Notes under the pieces: model-generated
Told to the model about the DNA's origin: nothing
What the model saw: the letters and a program-made list of their open reading frames with translations, nothing else
Databases searched by the model: none
Source: Catajapyx aquilonaris
Taxonomy: Eukaryota
Assembly: GCA_000934665.2 (NCBI GenBank)
Contig: JYFJ02002425.1
Span: 1 to 57,173, forward strand
Direction of reading: 5' to 3'
DNA: 57,173 nucleotides
Shown: positions 50,229-57,173 of the stretch, in pieces
Layout of the letters: each line of letters opens with the position of its first letter
Position numbering within the stretch: the stretch's first letter is position 1
Translations under genes and position numbers: made by a program

Positions 50229-53200
50229 ATATCTACTGGTGGTTGCTGACACTCCACTCACGTAATATAGCCCCAACAATTTCGCCTACTTTCCTACTAG
50301 TGACATGTATTGACCACGTTCCACGCACCGTTCTTTCGTAGGAATTTAATCAGCTGTGATTGGCGTCATATTAGACTCCCCCCCAATTCCCTCCCCAATC
50401 CCCACAAATATAAAGCCCTCAGAAAACGATTGGATCGTTCCAAATGATATATTTTCCTTTGACAAAGTCGTGCGTTGTACAGTGGAGATCACAATATTTT
50501 CTACATATCCTTAGGACTCAAAGTTCCTTAGTTGGTGGAAAGAGTGACGAAGCAGTTGTAGGGAAGAAAAAAAAAAGAACCAGCTACCTCTCAACACTTT
50601 GGTTTCTGTCGGTAGTGTTGGTGATGGTGACTTTCAGTTCGTTTCTCACCCCCCTCGGTACGTGTCACTTTGATCCTTTTCCCCCTCCGGCATGGAGTCA
50701 AGTCAGCGGCTTTTCTAGTAAACACTTCTCGGTGTCTTCCTTTTGTTAGTAGAAATTCTGAAAAAAATTATAAAAACTGAAAATTCTCCCCCCCCCCCTT
50801 GTCCTAGTGGTTTTCTCAATGGGCCTCCCAAAAAAAATAAATTTTGGGACAAAAAGTCTGTGGGACTTGCATGCCCCACAAAAGTGGTAGTTCTTTCAAC
50901 GTGCGTGTAAATTAACAAGAAAATGTAGTAGTTAACGTTAGGCACTTTTTGGCAAACACTCTCGACCGCATCGACGGTCCATTTTAGGTCACTGCATGTC
51001 CAAAAAAAAAACCCTGCAATAGTCGCAACTTGTAAAACCAAAATTCTGAGGACGAAATCTTGGGAGGCCTGTCAGTCGTATGTGATAAGCTACACTATCA
51101 AACAAAAACCTGTTAGGTACACAAAAATGAAACCCTCTGAAGCAATACCATTGTTGTAAACATGAGATATTGTTTCCAACATGCCCCCCCAACACCCCCA
51201 AGCCCATTTCCACACTTCTGAATCCGAGTCGTGAGCGGGACCAGGTTTTAAAAAATAATGATTAAAAAAATGTGTTTTGTGTACCTTCATCAGGGATCAC
51301 AACTATTGTCGAGTGATTTGAGCATCAGGTAGTTTTTGCACACAGGGTAAAAGTTGAAAAACGATCGTTAACGTGCACTAGAAAGTTCTGGTTGGGAACG
51401 GAAATGACCAAAACGAGAGAAGAAGAAAAAAAAATATTACGGTTCTGCTTCGGAGGGGTTTTTGTTTGCAAAGAGTTTTTTGGTCATCAACCACTTCGTG
51501 TTGATTGGCTTTGCTCGGTGAGATTAGGCCTGTGGACACTTGCCTTGCATTATTGCCTGGTGGTGGCCGATGCTCCGAAGGAGGCGGTTGGGTTTCCATT
51601 GTTGTCCTGTCTATGCTCTGTCCATCTTGCCCGTAAGGCTGGATGTATGCTACTTTTTTAGGTATGCATTATTACATTGTTGAGTAAAGCATGTCTCAAT
51701 CAAGCTGCTTTCCAAGTGACTCGGCTGGTGCAAAAGTACTTTACATGATAAGTGAAATATTGCCTTAATCTCTGGATACTGATAAGGGAGCGAAGATTTC
51801 GTAGATGTCATCTTACGTCTAGGTTGCACTATTAAAGGTAGGCATGTGCATGAGAATTTGTCCTTGTTATTTGTGATGGCTATCAAGCTTCTTGTTGCCA
51901 ACAATGAATGACCAGGTCAAATCCTCAGGTGTAGATCAACCTTATGCAGTGCAACCGACAGCCAAGCGCGGCAATCATACTCAGCAAGGTTCTGGAAGCT
52001 GGCACATGTTTGGTGGTTAGCTATCGGGTGGTGCTACTTGACCTAGCCTTCGTAGTTATCTCAGCTTGTCGGCTGGCCTGAAATGCGTGTCTGTATACTT
52101 CTGGAGTAGAAATAGCCACCTGTTTGTACCAAACAGTGCATCGTTTCCTTAAGCATCGTTGGTATAAACAGGTGTTCCAGACCATAGAGCTTGCATCTCA
52201 TGCCAGGTGCAAGTAGAGGTAGCCCTTGCAATTGCTGATTGCTGTGAGCATGAAAAAGTGGGATGACGTAGTAGTGGTCCAGTGTAACATTGGAGTGTTG
52301 TGCTGTAGCACCGCCAGCAGTACTTGGAAAGCAGTAGTGTAAGGAAATGCCATGTAACGCCACTGAGGCCGTCTTGGCCTCTCGAGTGGAATCCTATTCT
52401 GCATTGTCACGCTTGTTGGTGAACTACTGTACAAGCCTGCCTTAATAATCACAATTGAATACGTGAGACAAATGCCTAGAGTCCTTTGACCATTACTGAC
52501 CTCGCACATTAAATTGCATTGTCTGAGTTGTATTTGTGTCACCATTTCTCAGTGTTACCAAGTGACGCGAATACTTGAATATGGAACGAAACCCAACCCC
52601 TGCCCCCATTGCTCGGAACCATCCGAAGCCAGGAAATGCATTTTATCTGCCATTCGATTCTTAACTTGGGTGATAATAGTACCTCAATGTGTAAGTAAAT
52701 CAACCAGAACTGAAGCACAAGATAAGCGACTTTTGCAGTCGGCCTATCGATCAGGAGAGTTGCTTTTTTAGTGTTACGCATTCACGAAATCTGAGGATGA
52801 TTGCGGGTAGCATCAGTGGAAACGATGGGTGTGGAAACAATGGATTGCACCTGGATGTGTAACATTAAACATGTGTATGTTCTCTGCTACTGTTCTACGA
52901 AACATTGCCCAAAAATGGCTGTATCCAAAGAGAAAAAAAGAAGAAGAAAAGTCCTTTCGGTTCATCTGCTTGGTGCGTCTGCGCCGTCTTATGAGTCGGT
53001 ACATTTGTTCGCGGGTTCAAAATGCAAAATTGTGCAAGCGGTCCTTTTCGGCATGTCCTTTTTCGCGGTTCAAAATTAAGAGAAATTTTTGACCATAAGA
53101 AGCAGGTGAACGCGAAAAGACTAGGAAAAGCAGCAGAGCGCGTACGATAAACTTGAGCATGTACATAACATAAATATATTTCCTAAAGAGTAGCCGATTG

Positions 53201-55662
53201 GGTTGATCTGACAATCCCTGTGTAGTGTCAAGAGAACTATTGTTTTTTTGTTGGTTTTTTTATTATTTCTGAGAGATTTGCTGTTTAACTGTTCCTACTT
53301 CATTTTTTTTGGTAAGAGAGTGAAAAAAAGGACATATCTTAACTGTTTCCACAATTGTGAACTTTTAAAAACTCGCTCGGGAGATCCCTGTTGGCTGAGT
53401 AGCCATTATTTTTGCGTTGTTTCGAGCGGAAGAAGTCTGCCTGAGTGCACATGTGGTGAGTGTGGAGCAGGTGCCGAATCTGGACCAGCACCCTTAAAAA
53501 TATCAATGTCGTCTTGAGTTCTCGAAGCTTTTTAACTGGTGAAATAAATAAAAAATTGTACTGTCTCGGCCTCCAGGAACCTTTTCGGCTTAATCGTGTA
53601 GCGTTTCGGTAGTTCGTTTGAACGAGTCTCATTATCGTAGAATTGTGTGTGGAAAAAATTTTGACGGAAAACTTGTAGAGTGGCGAAAATTCAACGTTTC
53701 GACCCTTATCTCCTTCTGTTAGCTAATCCATTTTCTGGCATCTCTTGTATGAGAGCATGTGACGACGTTCACATTAGAAAGTAATTTTTAAAATACGTGA
53801 GCTTAAATACGCCAGGAAATAATTAAAAATAACATCTTGGTGTACGTACAAGTAGGTTCTTAACCAGTGTTTGATATGAACATTGCTATTATTATACTAT
53901 TGGTGTTGTCGAAAAGAAAAGGGACTTATCCACGTTACATTCAGGACCGCCTACCTCAGTTGAGTCCAGTATGGATGCACTTAACTGACTCGTATTATTA
54001 GCGTCTAGCAAAACTTTGCAAAAAGGGTGCAGCGAAATACCTCCTAAGAAAGAGTTTGATGCTCTGTATTTTTCGGTTCCTTCGTTGCGCACGATGGGTA
54101 ATCGATTGTTGAGGGAGCGAAGGCCGAGTTGGTTGCAGAAGGGTCTTATCGGTGTTGTGGTGTGTGGCGTAATGTTACGGTGGCCTCCGATGGTTTGATT
54201 ACTTGCTGGTTGACAATCCTTTGGTTGTGTTAAGTTGTCAGTGCTGTGCGTGCAATTTGTTGTCACGATGGCAGGCGCTGTGGTTGCAGCAGTGCAATTA
54301 GCATTACGAATTCGCATTTAGAGTAACACCCTGGGATTTTAGGGGTACGTTCTCCGACCTCCCCCTAGCAATGTACAAGTAACGAGATTCTAGTATGCAA
54401 TTTATTTATTACGGTTTGTATCTCTGCAGGATTTTGCCCTGTTAACTTCCAGTATCTTGCCATTTCTGGCCCGTTCATTTTTACTAGCCAGGTTACAATA
54501 ATAGTTGATGGAGCTGTGGTGCTGGAAATACTCATGCATTGCAATGTCGAGTTAGAATCATTTTTACCCCGGTGTTCTTTGCATCACCAGATCTCCACGA
54601 AGTGATCTCGACTCCCTTTGCATGGCAAACTATCATGTGAACAGGCCTGCAGTTCAAAGAGGACTGAACTACTATAAAATGCAGTTGTGTTCTTCTGAAT
54701 GTTCAAAGTGATGTTAATTGCACTGCACTATTTTTTTTGGATCATTCCAAGTTTTTTATTTGTGTTTTGTTATTTGTTTCGATTGTTTTGTTTTTCCAAT
54801 TGTGATTATTACTGTTTTTTATTTTAAATTGTTTGATCATATCCCCTCCCCAAGATTTTGTAACGCAACAAAGGAGGATTTGAAAAAAAAGCTGTGGATG
54901 TTGTACCAATTGTCAAGCGCACTCTAGTGGTTAGCAAAAGTATTCTTCATGTTCATTCTAGTTGCCATTACAAGCTGAAGAAGAAGTTAACTATTTATCA
55001 CATGTCCACATCTATAACAGTTTTTTAATGGTACTGTTAATGAAACAAAGTAGGCATTTTTGACCTTTTTTTATGTGAAACCGTTGGGTGCACATTGCAC
55101 GCCAGACATGCTCAAATGCCCTCAAAAATGCCTACCTATGCCTTGTAAGTCTCTGGACAGTCAATACTGTGCTGTCGCATTCATGCTTTGCACAGTACTA
55201 TTCTAGCGCTCATATAGTACTTGTGTACAGACAAGTTGGCGAGTAATAAATGCATAAAACAGATTTTGATGGGTTTTATTAACACGATTCCCTTGCAGTC
55301 AAGTTTTGTTGCGATGTGGGTTCATCTTCACAGGAATGACACCTCAGATGGTACGTATTACAATGAAAACAACTCTGTAATAAATTTTATTTCATTTTGA
55401 AACTTCGTGGACTGGTATCTTGAATGAGCTGATTAATAATATTAGTAAATGAAAATTGTCAACATTTATTTCCTTGATTCCCGTGCATATGCAGTATGGT
55501 AGGCTACAGGTATGTCATGTACTGAAAGTCGAGGTGTTCTGTTGGTGTAGTAGCCAAGTCCACTGCTGCATGATCTGAAGGTTGGAGTATCAACCAAAGA
55601 GCCTTGCAATAATGAGGTGCTAGCCCGTTTTCACGCTCTATATTTCGTCTACACTGGGCTTC

Positions 55663-57012
55663 AATACTAGGGGGTCAAATGAGGGCAAGAGGTAGACAGG
55701 CGCCCACTGGAGCAAACATGTCTGCCCCCATGCCGAGCCATTTTGAGTCCGTCGTGCTTCTGTCTACCTCTGCACTTCTTTTGATCCCCTAATAATGGCG
55801 CCGCCTGGCGCGTACTCTAAACAGAAAATTTTAGCTTGAAATTGCGATTCAGAGAAGGTGCCGTATTAGGGGATCAAAAGAGGGCAAGAGGTAGACTGGC
55901 GCCCACTGGATCAAACATGTCCGCCCCCATGCCCAGCCATTTTGAGTCCGTCGTGCTTCTATCTACCTCTGCCCTTCTTTTGATCCCCTAATAATGGCGC
56001 CCCCTGGCGCCTACTCTAAATCGAAAATTTTAGCTTGAAATTGCGATTCAGAGAAGGGGCCGTATTAGGGGATCAAAAGAGGGCAAGAGGTAGACAGGCG
56101 CCCACTGGATCAAACATGTCTGCCCCCATGCCCAGCCATTTTGAGTCCGTCGTGCTTCTATCTACCTCTGCACTTCTTTTGATCGCCTAATAATGGCGCC
56201 TCCTGGCGCCTACTCTAAATCGAAAATTATAGCTTGAAATTGCGATTCAGAGAAGGGGCCGTATTAGGGGATCAAAAGCGGGCAAGAGGTAGACAGTCGC
56301 CCACTGGATCAAACATGTCTGCCCCCATGCCCAGCCATTTTGAGTCCGTCGTCCTTTTGTCTACCTCTGCCCTTCTTTTGATCCCCTAATAATGGCGCCC
56401 CCTGGCGCCTACTCTAAATCGAAAACTTTAGCTTGAAATTGCGATTCAGAGAAGGGGCCGTATTAGGGGATCAAAAGAGGGCAAGAGGTAGACAGGCGCC
56501 CACTGGATCAAACATGTCTGCCCCCATGCCCAGCCATTTTGAGTCCGTCGTGCTTCTATCTACCTCTGCACTTCTTTTGATCGCCTAATAATGGCGCCTC
56601 CTGGCGCCTACTCTAAATCGAAAATTTTAGCTTGAAATTGCGATTCAGAGAAGGGGCCGTATTAGGGGATCAAAAGCGGGCAAGAGGTAGACAGTCGCCC
56701 ACTGGATCAAACATGTCTGCCCCCATGCCCAGCCATTTTGAGTCCGTCGTGCTTCTGTCTACCTCTGCACTTTTGATCTCCTAATAATCGCGCCCGCCTG
56801 GCGCCTACTCTAAATCGAAAATTTCAGCTTGAAATTGCGATTCAGAGAAGGGGCCGTATCAAAAGAAGTGCAGAGGTAGACCAGAAGCACGACGGACTCA
56901 AAATGGCTGGGCATGGGGGCAGACATGTTTGATCCAGTGGGCGCCTGTCTACCACCCTCTGCACTTCTTTTGATCCCCTCATATTGGCGCCTACTCCGAA
57001 TCGAAATTTCAA
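55663..57012. repeat. 199-bp tandem satellite, about 6.7 units, each carrying an internal inverted repeat
   Basis: The anchor ccgtat recurs at 55861, 56060, 56259, 56458, 56657 and 56854. In each unit tattaggggatcaaaagagggcaagaggtaga pairs with tctacctctgcmcttcttttgatcccctaata. Confidence 0.95.
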
Positions 57013-57173
57013 GGTAAATATAGATTTCAAGTCACATGCTATGACAGAAAGCATTTGTAATTGTTAATTTCATTTCATCTAATACATATTTCAAGACGTA
57101 TGTCTTTCCGGTTATTCGCTATGCAAATCCATACGGACGTCCCGACATATGCCCCAGGAGTATCACTAGGGGT

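Noticed and set aside
53892..54317. 141-aa Thr/Asn-rich minus-strand ORF
   Set aside because: No recognisable domain, and the nearest upstream acceptor does not splice into this frame. It could be a decayed exon, but I cannot support it.
55663..57012. CRISPR array or hammerhead-ribozyme satellite
   Set aside because: Whole units repeat with no unique spacers, there are no cas genes, the context is eukaryotic, and I found no CUGAnGA hammerhead core in the unit on either strand.

Overview
Eukaryotic, intron-rich, compact invertebrate DNA, most likely an arthropod (inferred from divergent ionotropic receptors, an arthropod-style Sec8 N-terminus and mostly 50-60 nt introns). It is not prokaryotic, so nearly all short ORFs in the track are exon fragments or antisense shadows. 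By hand-splicing I reconstruct: a 5'-truncated LRIG/lambik gene, two MATH-BTB (SPOP-like) genes, a small KCNE-like single-pass membrane ORF, a tandem pair of divergent ionotropic receptors, Sec8/EXOC4, two tandem mARC (MOSC) genes, an ApoD-type lipocalin, three tandem luciferase-like/4CL-like adenylate-forming enzymes and neuroguidin. Non-coding features are a Tc1-like MITE family seen only inside introns (4 copies), three other foldback palindromes, two minisatellites and a 199-bp hairpin-bearing satellite whose last unit has a flipped core. The best candidate for an undescribed system is the 13-kb block mARC x2 / lipocalin / acyl-adenylate enzymes x3, which is physically interlocked and may be an animal small-molecule metabolism cluster. 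Its function is inference only. Exon coordinates were read by eye and may be off by a base or two.
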